A stretch of 63,997 bases of DNA, filler included, from Hyphochytrium catenoides (lineage: Eukaryota; Protista; Hyphochytriomycota), in the NCBI GenBank assembly GCA_900088475.1. It is 9 parts of 9 records of this genome, joined end to end, with 100 filler letters (N's around TTAATTAATTAA, not from the genome) between each part and the next. Parts side by side here need not be neighbours in the genome. Positions count along the whole stretch, not along the records: positions 34,683 to 38,424 come from FLMG01004614.1; positions 38,525 to 45,186 come from FLMG01000180.1; positions 45,287 to 50,234 come from FLMG01002917.1; 6 more parts are not named here. One strand, written 5' to 3'. Positions 35,676 through 47,760 of the stretch are shown piece by piece (positions within the stretch are counted from its first letter, which is position 1; each line of letters opens with the position of its first letter). The translations under genes were made by a program, and so were the position numbers. The notes below the pieces were generated by a model. The model searched no databases. It saw only the letters and a program-made list of their open reading frames with translations, and was not told where the DNA came from.

Positions 35676-36112
35676 GGAGAGGGAGAGAAAGGGGAGAGAG
35701 GACGGGAGGGTGTGTGTGTGTGGAGAGGACGGAAAAGAGAGAGAGAGGGAGGGAGAGAGAGGGAGTGAACGAAAAGATAAAGAGTGCAAAAGAGAGAGAG
35801 GATGAGGGCGAGAAGGAGCGCGAGAGGGATTAGGAGAGAGCGGGAAGGGTGAAAGAGAGAGGGAAGGCGGAAGGAAGAGAGAGAGAGAGAGAAAGAAAGA
35901 GCAAAAGAGAAAGAGAGAAAAAGAGAGAGAGAAGATGAGAGCAAGAAGGAGCGCGCGAGAGAATGGAGAGAGACAGAAGAAAAACGAAAAGAGAGAGAAA
36001 GAGCTAAGAGATAAACAGAGACGGGACAGAGAGGTAGAAGGAAGGGAGGAATATATGACTATAGAGAGAGAGAGAATGTGAGAGAGAGGAGAGCCTAGAG
36101 ATAAAGAGCGAG

Positions 36113-36144
<32 letters not shown>

Positions 36145-36276
36145 CTCTGTCCTGCTTACCTTGCCCATTTCAAGGTGTTGCAAGGGGATGAGAGCATAGC
36201 CCATCACTGTGCTGGTGCCCAAGCGGCTCTGATCCTGGACATCCACGCGGATTAGATGAGAGTCGAGGCCACTCAC
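35230..36276 (-). CDS. C2-domain protein fragment (two identifiable exons)
   Basis: Exon 36276-36160 encodes LIRVDVQDQSRLGTSTVMGYALIPLQHL; exon 35374-35230 encodes EQWVTLRGGKKGSLRVSVQV. Together they form the C-terminal half of a C2 fold with canonical splice sites. Confidence 0.72.
35561..35628. repeat. 22-bp tandem repeat x3 in intron
   Basis: aagagggagcgaaagtgagaga occurs three times in tandem. Confidence 0.75.
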
Positions 36277-36292
36277 CTGGAGAGAGAGAGAA

Positions 36293-36337
<45 letters not shown>

Positions 36338-36585
36338 AAAAGAGAGAGAGGGAGGAAAAGACAGAGAGAGAAAACAAAGAGAGAGAGAGAGGCGGACGGG
36401 GGGTGAGAGGTAGGAGGGGAGGTAGGAGGAGAAAGAGTGAGAAAAGAAAGAGAAGAAAAAGGACGAGAGAGAGGGTTAGACTCTGCAGACTGATTTGAAG
36501 AGAAAAGAAGAACTAAAACTGTGGCTCGGCTGCAGTGAATTTTCGTCTCTCTTCTCCCTATGGAGGTTGACGCAGAGAATTCAAG

Positions 36586-36641
<56 letters not shown>

Positions 36642-37103
36642 AGGGAGAGGGAGAGGGAAAGACAGAGACCCATACACTACAGTGAAAGAGCAACAGAGAG
36701 AGAAGAAAGATACAAAAGGAGAGCGAAGCACAGATATAAAGTCAAAGAAATAGAGAAGAAGGAAGAGGTAGACAACCGCCGAGGGAGAAGAGAACAGCGA
36801 GGGACACAGAGAGATGAAGGAAGAGAGAGAGAGAGAGAAATTGAGAGAGAGTGGGAGACGGAGCGCGAGAAAGGCAAGACCAGAGAGAAAGAGAGAGATT
36901 GGTACGGAGACATAGACAGATCCTAGAGGGAGATAGATTGATAGATAGAACGAGATCACCCATATAGAGAAAGACACAGAGAGAGAGAGGCAGAGAGAGA
37001 AAGAGCAGGCGAAGAGCGAGAGAGAGAAAGAGAGAGAGAATAAGAAAGGGAGAGAGAGAGAGAGAGAGAGAGTAAAAAGGGAGAGAGAGTAATTGAGGGG
37101 GCG

Positions 37104-37160
<57 letters not shown>

Positions 37161-37321
37161 TTGAGATACGAGCTATTCTCTTATTCTTTATCTTCCCTCA
37201 TCGTTTCTTGCTTGAGCCCCAACCGTGCGCCAACTATTGATGCCTCTCTTCATTTCCTCTTATATCCTTCTCTCCTGTTCCTTTCCGTCTGCCCCTCTAT
37301 TCTCTTATCTTTGCAGCTTAC

Positions 37322-38424
37322 ACTTCCATCTTGGCCTCCGACAACGAGATGTTCTTGATTGCAATCGAGGAAGGTGGTCGGGATCTTCTCTCCCTCATTG
37401 CCGCAGACACGAATGATCTTTGTGGCTGATCTTTGAGGACAGAGCCCATCATTGGTCATCTCTGTGTCCCAAAGTATGGCGTCTCCGTCCACAGTGCCTG
37501 TGACAGCCTTGCGAAGTCCCGCGGAGAAAGGAAGAAATATGAACAAAGAGCGGAGGTATCCTCATCTCTCTCTCTCTCTCTGCCTCTCCCGTCACTCTTC
37601 TCTATTCTGTTTCTAACCCCCTTCCTGTTTCCTCTCCTCCATCTCTTCCTCTTTCTCACACACCTGTGCTGTGTCAGGGATGAAAGCCGTACGAGTGAAT
37701 GAGCCAATTCTCTGCTTAAAGTCCTTCTGTGAGATGGGCGGAGAATAGAAGCTCAGCTTCCCCGTTGTCCAAGCCCAGAATATGACCCGCGCGGCGCCAT
37801 TAGTCACGATCTCTTTCTGGTCTTGGCTGAACCTGACGCACTTCTGAGGGTCATTTAGAGGGATGTTCTGCCTGACTAAAGGCTCTCTGTCTGCTTCCTG
37901 TTGCCGCTTGCCGGCTCCGGAAGCCCACTCCCATACCGCAATTTCCTGTTGGGAGGAGGCGCCCTGGAAGTAGGAAGGAAACGTGGAGAGAGAGATGGAG
38001 AGAGAGAGACAGAGAGAGAGACAGAGAGAGAGACAGAGAGAGAGAGAGACAGAGAGAGAGACAGAGAGAGAGAGAGACAGAGAGAGAGAGAGGAAGGGGG
38101 AAAAGAGAGATAAGAATAGGATCTAAGGAGTGGAGGGTTACTAGCTTCTCCTTAGAGAAAGGATGCCGGTTGAGTGGAGACTGGACATAGGAAGTAGGAG
38201 AGACGGGGCCCGATGGAGCGAGTGATAGGGAAGCCTGGACAGTCTGAGCATAGGGAACAACGGTAAGAAGAGAGAGAGCGCGCAAGATGTGTGTGGAAGG
38301 AATGGGCAAAACAGAGTCATTTAGGGCAATAGGCGGACGAACCAGCAAGAGGGACTGCCTCTTGCGAAGAAAAAGAGACAGCTAAGCAACCTGATTGGCA
38401 CTCAAGGTGACAATGAAAGTGCCG
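37322..38424 (-). CDS. CFAP251: WD40 flagellar protein fragment, CFAP251/WDR66-like (partial)
   Basis: Exons ~38424-38391 (GTFIVTLS), 37964-37664 (QEIAVWEW...QKCVRF...EIVTNGAARVIFW...FYSPPISQKDFKQRIG) and 37507-37322 (AVTGTVDGDAILWD...HLVVGGQDGS). The family assignment is from recalled motifs. Confidence 0.7.
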
Positions 38425-40942
38425 NNNNNNNNNNNNNNNNNNNNNNNNNNNNNNNNNNNNNNNNNNNNTTAATTAATTAANNNNNNNNNNNNNNNNNNNN
38501 NNNNNNNNNNNNNNNNNNNNNNNNGAGAGAGAGAGAGAGAGAGAGAGGATGTTTGGTTCTTTCGCTTCGGGGCCAATGATCGGGGCAGTTTCTCTCATTC
38601 TGTAGGAAATGAAGAAGAGGAGAGATGTAGCTCGCGGCAGGAGGTTTGGAGACGACCAGGGCCAGCAAAGAGTCTCCTCTCATTCACCTCTTTTGCAAGT
38701 CCCGTAAAGTATTGGAGAGAGGAGAGGCAAGAGAGAGGGAAGAGAGAGAGAGAGAGGGAGACAGACAGAGAGAGAGAGAGACACTGCCAGAGAGAGAGAG
38801 AGAGAAAGAAAGAGAGAGAGAGGGAGAGGGAGAGAAAGGAAAATACACAGAGAGAGCTAGAAAGAGAGAGAGTAAGAGTGAGAGAGAAAGAGAGAGAGTA
38901 AGACTGAGAGAGAGAGAGAGAGAGAGAAGAAAGAGAGAGAGAGAGAAGGAAGAAAGATAGAGAAAGAGGAGGACGGCGGTGGCCCTCTCTCCCCGCCGTA
39001 AAGAATGCAGGTCGTCCGTTACACTCCAAAACTTGCGCCTCCTGCCCTCTTTATCCCCCTGCACCCCGGTCGGTTGGCACCACATAAATTCATCCTTCCC
39101 CTTAGATTCTGCCCCGACCGACCAACATAGAGCATTCTGTCTTGCACAAGGGGTTACGTTAACATTATGTTAGGCTTTCAACAGCTCTTCGACTTATCCT
39201 CAAAGTGGAAGGCACTGCTGGGGCTGTTCGGCCTTAGAAGAGAATAAAGCACTACCTGCTGCTGCTTGCCTTCTCTCTCTCTCTCTCGCCCTCTCGCTCT
39301 CTCGCTCTCTCTCTCTCGCTCTCTCGCTCTCTCCTCATCTCTCGCTTTTTCTTTCTCTCTCTTTTCTTTTTCTTCCTGTCTCTCTCTCTCTTTCTTTCTT
39401 ACTTCATCTCTCTCTCTCAATTCCCAACTCTTTCTTTTCTATCTTTTTCTCACTCTCGCTCCTGCGCTCTCTCTCTCTCCCTATCTCCCACACTCCTCGC
39501 TCTCCCACTCTCTCCTTTCTTCTTTTTCTTCCTCTCACTCTCGCTCCTCTCTTCTCTATGTGTCTGTCTCCATCATCACAAGAAAGCGATGCCATACAAC
39601 TGTCTTCTACTCTCTCTCTCTCCCCGATGCGGGAAGAGAGAGACCAGGCCTCACTACTCGTCCAGACGGCCCAAGCGTGCTGCCTGGACCATCAATGAGA
39701 CGCTCTACTCTGAGGCCTGCGCTCTGCTTAACCCTAAGCAAAACCAACCAGAAGCGTGAGGTTAGCCTCACTTCGACATTTATCATGCAGCTCCCTAGGG
39801 GACTCTAAAGGCTGGCGAATGGCCAATGAAGAAGAGAAGAGCAAACCAATGACGAGCACTACTAGTTAGTCGTCATCTTTATAGAAGTCTTGGCCATATG
39901 ATCTACCGTCATAAAGCCTCTGCTTCCCTCCTCTGGCTCGCCAAAAGAGAGAAAGAAGGGGAATCAGCGACACTCTTGACTTCCAAAGGAGTGAAGATGA
40001 CTGGCGGACTGGGGCTCATGGTCCGCCTCCCATTATGGGGCTTCTGCTGGCTGGCTGAGTACTGAGTATGAAGAGAGGACGATAAGAGGAGAGAGAGAGA
40101 GAGAAAGAAAGAAAGAGAGAAGAGAGAAGAGAGAAAGAGAGAGAGGGAGAGAGAGAGCGAGAGAGAAGGGAGGGAGGGAGGCAAGGACAGAGACAGAGAC
40201 ACACCAGAAAGAGTGAGACAGTAAAGTAGGAGAAAGATAAGAGATAAAAGATGGGGGAGGAGAGAAAGAGAGAAAGGGGGAGAAGAGAGAGAAGAAAAAG
40301 GCGTAAATGACGGGAGAGACCGAGAGAAATGACCGGGCGGACTGAACGCTTGCCCACTTATTGGGCCCCGAGGGCTTCCGTCCTGCCGCCACTGAACGGA
40401 CTTAGGGAGAAGATGACAGATGCCAATCTTCAGCCTTCTGGCTGCATCTATTAGAGAGTTGAGATGCTCAGCTGTTGGAAGGGACCAAGAGCACGCTTTC
40501 TCAGGCATCATATAGTGCATCAAGAAATGTATGAACACCCCGATCTTTCTCTCTCTCTCTCTCCTTCATTTTTTATTTCTTTCCCTGTCTCTCCTCTCCC
40601 CTCCCACTACGCTTTCTCTTGGGGTCTTTATCTACGTCGCCACTGTATTGCTGGTCAATCATCAATCTCTGGGCCATAGAGTCTCTGCCTCCATGTTCTC
40701 ATAAGGAGGAAGCGCCACGAGAGAGGGTTGAAAAGAAGGAGCAGTGCAGAAGAGGCAAGAGGAAGAGAGATGACAGAGTCCATAAATATAACCCTTTAGC
40801 CCCGTGGTATCCATTTCAATGCTCCCACATTCTGTCCTGTCTCTCTTCAAGCTCTCGACTCTTTCTCTTACCGTCTCTCTTTCTTGTTTCTAAACTTCAT
40901 TGGCTTATCGTTTTCTCTCCCCTTTCCCTCGTGGGTGCCAGC

Positions 40943-42292
40943 CTACTGCTTTGTCGTGGCGTTTTGACTCTTCTCTCTCTCTTTCTCGTTTTTTCTCTCT
41001 TTCTCTTTCTCTCCTCTTGTCTCTTTCCCTCCTTCTATGAGTCGCACTGGAGACTTGAGCAGCACACAGTTCTCAGGGTATCTCCATCCTCCATAGAGAA
41101 GTCTAACAACCAGAATCAGCGCGGTGAACCCGCGGTTTAGGCAGAAGTCGAGCACAGAAATAGTTAGAGGTCTCGCCATTGTTCCTCCTCCCTCCTCATC
41201 GTAGCATTCTTTCTCTCCATCGCTGGTCGTGCTGTTCGTCGTGCTCTGTGCTGCTCCTCTCTCTCCTCCTTCCGTAAGCGTTGGCCAGCCATCTTCAAAG
41301 CCCACCTCATAGAGACACATCCGAGGAAAGATTTGTAGGTACATAAGGAGCAAGACAGAGAGCTGCGCCAGGAGAATAATACCAAGAGACTGAAGAGAAC
41401 GCTGTCTGTCATACAGAGGAAAGGTGTCAAAGAGAAGAAGCATGGAATAAGTCAGGAACATCGCTGAGACGACAAAGAAAGCGGGGACATCGTGACAGAG
41501 TAGGAAAAATGAAGAGAGAGAGAAGAGGAGAAGCTCCACCACGAGATGCCGGAAGTCAAACGCCTGGAGAACAAGGAGACACATCTTCAGGTTGCTCCGA
41601 GAGAGACGATAGAGAGAGAGAGGGACGATGCTCGTGGCAAAGGCCACGCTGCAGACCAAGCGCTCCGTTATACTCGGTGGATGCCAGAAGGTAAGGCCCA
41701 AAGCCGAGAACAGAGAGAGGAAGAGTCCGAGGATAATTAGGGGCCGGGTCTTCCAATAGAGCCATTCCCAGCGCATCCAAATCTGATGGAATCTTGTGCC
41801 AAAAATAAAATCCATGAGGGAATTGGTGGTCTCTTGGGCGGTGAAGGGAATGTAAGGCCGAAGGGCAACCAATGTCATTATTTTCGGTGCTGGAGAAGAA
41901 GAGAGAGCAGGAGGTGGAGAGGAAGAGGAAGAGAAGGAAGAAGAAGAAGGAGGAGGAAGAAGAGGAGAGAGAGAAGGAGAGAGAAAGGGGGAGGAAGAAG
42001 GAAGAGAGGCGGGAAGAGAGGAAGAAGAGGACGCAGAGGCAGGAGTGAGAGAGGCGCTTGTCTTTCTCTCCCTGTTTCCGCTCCAGCAGAGAACGGCGTT
42101 ATTGCCCTTCTGTTCCTCCGCACAAGATTCGTGAGCCTTTTCTTTCTTCTTTTTACTCTTGTCCTCCTTTCTCGTCTGCCCTGGTCTAGGAGACAGAGTA
42201 GGATGAAGTCTGTGATGTATCTCGAGATTGAGGTCAAAGAGATATTTTTTGACGTGATCATCCAGTGCGCGCTCTGGGTCTCTTAGGAGAGA
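40943..42292 (-). CDS. Uncharacterised polytopic membrane protein (~6-7 TM); 5' part uncertain because of a gap
   Basis: Long non-repetitive ORF with successive hydrophobic helices, including LLVLQAFDF, LLLFDTFP and RLLYGGWRYPENCVLLKSPV. Confidence 0.7.
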   Translation of the reverse strand, partial: SLLRDPERALDDHVKKYLFDLNLEIHHRLHPTLSPRPGQTRKEDKSKKKKEKAHESCAEEQKGNNAVLCWSGNRERKTSASLTPASASSSSSLPASLPSSSPFLSPSLSPLLPPPSSSSFSSSSSPPPALSSSPAPKIMTLVALRPYIPFTAQETTNSLMDFIFGTRFHQIWMRWEWLYWKTRPLIILGLFLSLFSALGLTFWHPPSITERLVCSVAFATSIVPLSLYRLSRSNLKMCLLVLQAFDFRHLVVELLLFSLSSFFLLCHDVPAFFVVSAMFLTYSMLLLFDTFPLYDRQRSLQSLGIILLAQLSVLLLMYLQIFPRMCLYEVGFEDGWPTLTEGGERGAAQSTTNSTTSDGEKECYDEEGGGTMARPLTISVLDFCLNRGFTALILVVRLLYGGWRYPENCVLLKSPVRLIEGGKETRGEKEKERKNEKEREKSQNATTKQ

Positions 42293-43053
42293 NNNNNNNN
42301 NNNNNNNNNNNNNNNNNNNNNNNNNNNNNNNNNNNNNNNNNNNNNNNGAGAGAGAGAGAGAGAGAGAGAGAAAAGCTGGGGGAAAGAGGGGGGATAGAGG
42401 AGATGGAGAAAGATTCAAAGGAGTAGAAGGAGGGGGAGCAAATGGTCTACAGAAGAAAAAAGATGCCCCTAATCTTCTTCTTCGTAGGGGGAAGAGGTAT
42501 GATCCTGAAAAACGTAGAGCGCAAGTGGCGCTCTCGTTCTCCTTCCTCAAGTCAGGGGGAGAGAGAGAGATCACCTAAACGAGGCAAATAATAGTAGTTA
42601 TGTGCACATGACCCTTTCCTCCTCATAGCCGGTCATCCGAGAGAAGAGAGAGAGAGAGAGACTGAAAGAGAAAGAGAGAAAGGGAGAGAGAGGCAGACCG
42701 AGAGACAGACAGAGACATGGATCAGACAGCCGACACTCCAAGCGGGGAAATACCGGAGAGGGGACGCAGCAACATCTATGTCACTTCTGTCAATTTCTCG
42801 CTCTCCCATCCCAGCCCCTGCCGGGCTTTATTCTCTTTATAAATTGATGATGACAACTGAAGGCTCGAACAGCTTTCCCTCTACGTACTTTGCCCTCAAG
42901 GAAACTTGTTCAAGAAGAGCACGTCATAAGAGCTAAGGCCTTAGTGTCAATGCAGGCGCTTTCCTCTCTTCTAGGTTTTTCTTGTTTAACACGTCTGTCA
43001 TGAGGCTTGGCCGTTTCTGTCTCTTATTCCTCTCTCATCTCAGTCTTCTTTTG

Positions 43054-43092
<39 letters not shown>

Positions 43093-43248
43093 GTCTCTCT
43101 CTCTCTCTCTTCTCTCACTTCCTGAGTGAGCTTCCTAGGGTTCCACTCGATGATGCAGCCCAGCCCCCGCAACCTGGCAGGATCCTATATTTAGAATGAA
43201 ATGCCCTAATATTCCTGGATAAATTCATTCTTTATCTATTTGTTTCCG

Positions 43249-43666
43249 ATACACAGTGGCCGTTACTTGTCAATAAGGACAGGAGGAAGGGGAATGTCAT
43301 CACCACGGCAGGAAAGGGGGGTTTGTACGGAAAAAGAGCGCATCTTCTGTTTTGAATACATAGTGGCCGTTACCTGGCATTAAAGACAGCAGGGCTGGGA
43401 GTACCGCTAACGATAAGAGTTATCACCAACCGTGACCGGATTGTGCGGACTCAAGTCACGACAGGAAAGGGGGTTTGTGCGGAGAAAGAGCACATCTTCT
43501 GTTTTGAATACATAGTGGGCCGTTACTTGTCAATAAGGACAGGAAAAGCATGGAACCGCTAACGTTAAGGCTTACTAACAACGTGACCGGATTGCGCGGA
43601 AATCGAGGGAAAAACCATCAACACGGCAAGAAGTGGAGGTTGTGCGGAAATAGAGCGCACTTCTTA
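43249..43666. repeat. Degenerate complex tandem repeat, ~3 units of ~110-160 bp
   Basis: Recurring blocks: atacatagtggccgttac(t/c)tg.cataaggacagg, accgctaacg...gtgaccggattg.gcgga, and cacggcaggaaagggggtttgtgcgga.aaagagcgcatcttctgttttga. Confidence 0.85.
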
Positions 43667-45286
43667 ATGGCTGAGAAGATGTATCGAAGAAAGGAAAAAA
43701 CAAGCCGCAGCGCCATCGTCGCCGCCTCTCTCTCCCAAAAGAAGAAAAGGCGCAAGCGTCAGCAGCAGCAGCAGCAGCGGAGAAGAGAAGAAGAAGAGAT
43801 CCAGGATCTGAAGCGCGTTTTCTGGCTTGAACGCTATGCAGTGCTTATATATATGATGACCTATAAAGAGGAAGATGAAGCTGTGCTGTCAACGGCGCTC
43901 CTCCTTCTGCTGCTGCTGAGGCTTGTCAATAGTAAGAACGCCCAAAGGAAAGCCCTGCTCCTCCTCTCCTGATCTTACTACGCTTCAATGGCTAGAAAAG
44001 GAAGACTTAGCATCATCGCAACAGGTCTTCCTCAAGAAGAGATGATAATATTGAGCACTACTAATAATGTTAGTAGGCGGAGATCAAAGCCCACATCGTC
44101 GGGAGGATGTGGCGGCATTGAGAACTGTTGACAGAATGACAGACAACAGAAGAAGAAGATTCATGATGAGGCGCTAACTTTTTTCATCGTCGCGGCATCA
44201 AGAGTAGAAGCAGCGCCGCCAGAGCAGATATAAACCGCTTTCCACTCAGCAAAAGCTATCTACCAGGAGGATAGACGATGCAGGGGAGAGAGAAGAGATC
44301 AACAAGAAGCAAGGCAGACGGCCATGCATCGGCTCGGCCAGCCTGCAGCTCTTCTACGTTGGGCAGCGCTGTGGGCTGAAGATCTTATCGAGTTACCTTG
44401 CTTCTTTCTCTCTCCTTTATTGATAAATATGATGAGTTCCGGCTGCGATGATGGCGGGAGATGGTGAAGAGAAAGGTGTAAGAAAGGATATCAGTACGTA
44501 AGAAATCTAACGGGAGAATTTGATAGTAGTGGGCCGATGAAGAAAGAAGAGAGAGAGAGAGAGAGAAAAACAGAGAGACAGACAGGCAGAGAAAAGGGCA
44601 GAGAGAGAGACAGAGAGAGAGAGAGAGTCAAAAAGGGAGAGACAGACAGCGAGACAGAAGATGAAGAGAAGGAGCAAATATCAAAAGAGGACAAGGGAGA
44701 GAGGGAGGAGTAAGAGGTAGACGAAGGACACAGAAACAAAAAATCCAAAACATTTTGACATAGAGGGGAGAGAGAGAACGGAGTTGTTCGGAGAGAGAGA
44801 GAAAGAGAGAGAGACAGCGGCGGACAGAGACAGAGAGAGGGAGAGAGAGAGAGGGAGGAAGAGAGAGAGAGAGAGNNNNNNNNNNNNNNNNNNNNNNNNN
44901 NNNNNNNNNNNNNNNNNNGAGAGAGAGAGAGAGAGTGATAGAGGGGATGAGAAGAGGGCAATAATGGAGAGAGGGAAAGAGAAAGAATGTCACTGGGGTT
45001 TTGACACGAGAAGAAATGATCCTCATTTCCTGTTCCTGCTCATTATGCTTTATAATAAACCAAGGGATGGAAAACGATGAGGCAGCTGCTCTTTCCTTTC
45101 TCTCTCTCGTCCCCTTTCTCTGCCAGCTATTGGTGCTTTGCATTTCCTCCGCTTTATTCTCCTTCTCTCTCTCTCTCTCTCTCTCTNNNNNNNNNNNNNN
45201 NNNNNNNNNNNNNNNNNNNNNNNNNNNNNNTTAATTAATTAANNNNNNNNNNNNNNNNNNNNNNNNNNNNNNNNNNNNNNNNNNNN

Positions 45287-46563
45287 GATGTGGAGTCCAC
45301 CCAATGAATAGCCTGCTTGGCTATGGTCTGTGCAGTCTCTATGAAGACAATAATGCATTCAAAAATGAGGAGGAAAGCCGTTGACAGGCCCGCGCCGTGG
45401 GATAGATAGAGACAGAGAGAGACCCAGAAGAGATTGGAGAGAAAGATCAGCACCAGTAGACCAAAGATCTTCAAGCTCCCTCGTGCCGGAGCCATGACGT
45501 TGGAGGATAACTGGGAAAGAAGAAAGCGTAAGTAGGAAGAAACGACGCGAGATAGAAGAGAGACGCCCATCGGTAATCAAAGAGTCATTGCGTAGAAGTG
45601 AACTATAGCTGGGGCCAAAACAGAGGGAAATGCATGGAGAGAAAAAAGGAAGACGGCGATATGCAAACGAGGGAGAGCGCAAAGGCAACAGCTAGAGCCA
45701 AAGGGAGAGGAGTGCATCAAGGTAACTTTTATCGCTGGGCTACTTACATATTCAAAGCGGTCCCTAGCAAGTAGGCCAATCACTTTATGGAACCCTACGA
45801 TGCCGAACCAGCTGGACCAGAGAAGAAACTCATAGACGTCTGGCTCTAGAATAATGGTCACGAACACGAGCTTGAAGAGGACGTAGCTCGCCAGGCGCTC
45901 CTGGAAGTTCTAGAGACCGAGAAAGTGGATGAGCAATAGGACATGAGGTTGGAACTCAAATGGATAGAGGCTTAAGAGACTCCAGAGAAAGATGACGGTA
46001 AGAAGAATAAGTAGAGTCTATATATTTGAGGAAGAAGAGGAAAATAGGGCTGAGACTAATGAGAGAAAAGCAAGGAGCAATGCGCTGCAGTGAGAGTCCA
46101 AAATGGTAACGCTGCACCACTAAGTATCGGCCACAAACGGAAATACGATGATCAAGGGAGAACGTGGCGACTTCAGCTACAAACCTTAAGCTCATTAGCC
46201 CTGAGATTCCCGAAGAATACCTTCACAATGGCTGCATATATCAGATACAGGGACACGAAGATCACCTGGGCCATGATCTGGCAGCGAAAGCAGATCGAAG
46301 CATTAGAGATGTGCAAGTAAGACCAAAAAATCTACGAGACTAAGCGAACAACAAGAGAGCGCTAATGCCATAAGGTCATTCCACGAGGATGTACGGCTTA
46401 CCAGGAGCCCAAGCCTTGAAGACAACAAGGTGGTCAGCAGACCCTCCTCTTCAATCTCTTCCGGAGCCTGTCGGTAGATCATCCCGAGCAGAAACGCTAT
46501 AACAAGCAAGCTGGCGGATGGATAGACCCATGTGCGGTCGTTGATTGACAGAGTCACCGGCAT
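45287..46563 (-). CDS. ERAD E3 ubiquitin ligase, gp78/AMFR-HRD1 family, N-terminal TM region (RING lost beyond scaffold end)
   Basis: Four exons splice to give KVFFGNLRANELK-NFQERLASYVLFKLVFV...LLWSSWFGIVGFHKVIGLLARDRFEY-L...LLIFECIIVFIETAQT. Confidence 0.82.
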
Positions 46564-47760
46564 CTTTTCGTTGCACGGACGCCTTTGCCCTACTAACAAG
46601 ACTTCACACCAGAACCTTTATTGCATTCCCGTGGGCTTGAGCACCTACTTAGATGCAGCTCAAGTAGTCACACAGCAACGCCAATTTGATGGCCTCCAGG
46701 CCAGAGGTTGGGTCATTGCTGAGGTTGCCGAGTTCTCCTTATCAATTACTCGTACGGAAAATGGGCACCACAGGCTAAGTTCTCAACGGACGCGACGAAG
46801 CTGGCTCAAACACGGTCCTCCTGTCTTTCCGACGTCTCAAGATTATGGATGTTACGGCTATCTGCCAGCTTTCTTCCTATCTCAAGTTGTCGCGACAGAG
46901 AGGACAAGGTGATGCTGACGCGCGGGAGAGGAGAGAACGGCATTCTGTTCTGCCTTCCCCTCTCTCTTTCTCCTCCTCTCTCTCTTCGTTGACTCTTTCT
47001 AATAGCTTTGCTAGATGACTCTCACTCTGTCTCTTCCTCGTCCTCTCTCTCATACTCTGTCTTTTCGGTAGGACTATTTCTACGTCCACTTTGTCTCTCT
47101 TAGCTCGTTTATTCCTAGACTCTTACTCACTGGCAAGTTTGTCTCTTGCTTCACTCTGTCTTCCTTCCTTTCCCATAATAGTTGCTAACGCTAAGTCAGG
47201 GAATTGTTAGTTCTTGATGGAATTAGTTCTAGAGAATTGCGATCTGTTTATGTCTTCTAAAGCCTTTATGTATGGAGCTCTTGTTGTCCAAGTACTGTCC
47301 ATGGAAAGGCCCTCTAGTCACTGGTACTTGTACTTGCTTTCAAGCAGAACACATCCATGTGCGTTGTTGTTGTTCGAACTGCTGTACTGGACGGTAGGAG
47401 TGTTGCTTCTGATGACGATTGGGGTGTGGGCGCGGGGCGGTTGGAGCGCGCGAGTCAGAAGCGCCATCATCGGTAGGTATTGCGGTGCAGCGTCTTTATG
47501 CAAGGCTGGCAGAGCTCTGATGAAGCTTCTCCTGTCATCGGCTCCTCTGCTGCGCGGTTGAGGGCTCGCAATATCAAGCTTAGGAGCTTAGCGTTAGGGG
47601 AAACAAGACGTGGTCACTGAAAGCAGGTCACCCGGGTGCAAGTTTGGTCGAGCCTGCCTCTTTGTAGCAATTACGGTGACGGCCTGCCCGAAGAGTGGGC
47701 ACTGAGTAGCTGTATTTCTCTCTAGTGCAGGCAGCCAAAAGCTGCCCTTTCAGAGCACAC

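Noticed and set aside
33039-36276. Single C2-PH gene
   Set aside because: Separated by the linker at 34627, and the PH gene has its own ATG.
39600-40540. Candidate exons on both strands (HYSSRRPKRAAWTINETLY; MMPEKACSWSLPTAEHL)
   Set aside because: Could not be assembled into a supported gene or assigned to a family.
43249-43666. CRISPR-like repeat-spacer array
   Set aside because: The apparent spacers are homologous to one another, the units are too long, there are no cas genes, and the context is eukaryotic.
47200-47560. Possible C/D snoRNA (TGATGA...CTGA) or small ORF upstream of the desulfurase
   Set aside because: Box motifs are short and expected by chance; no terminal stem or recognisable rRNA guide.
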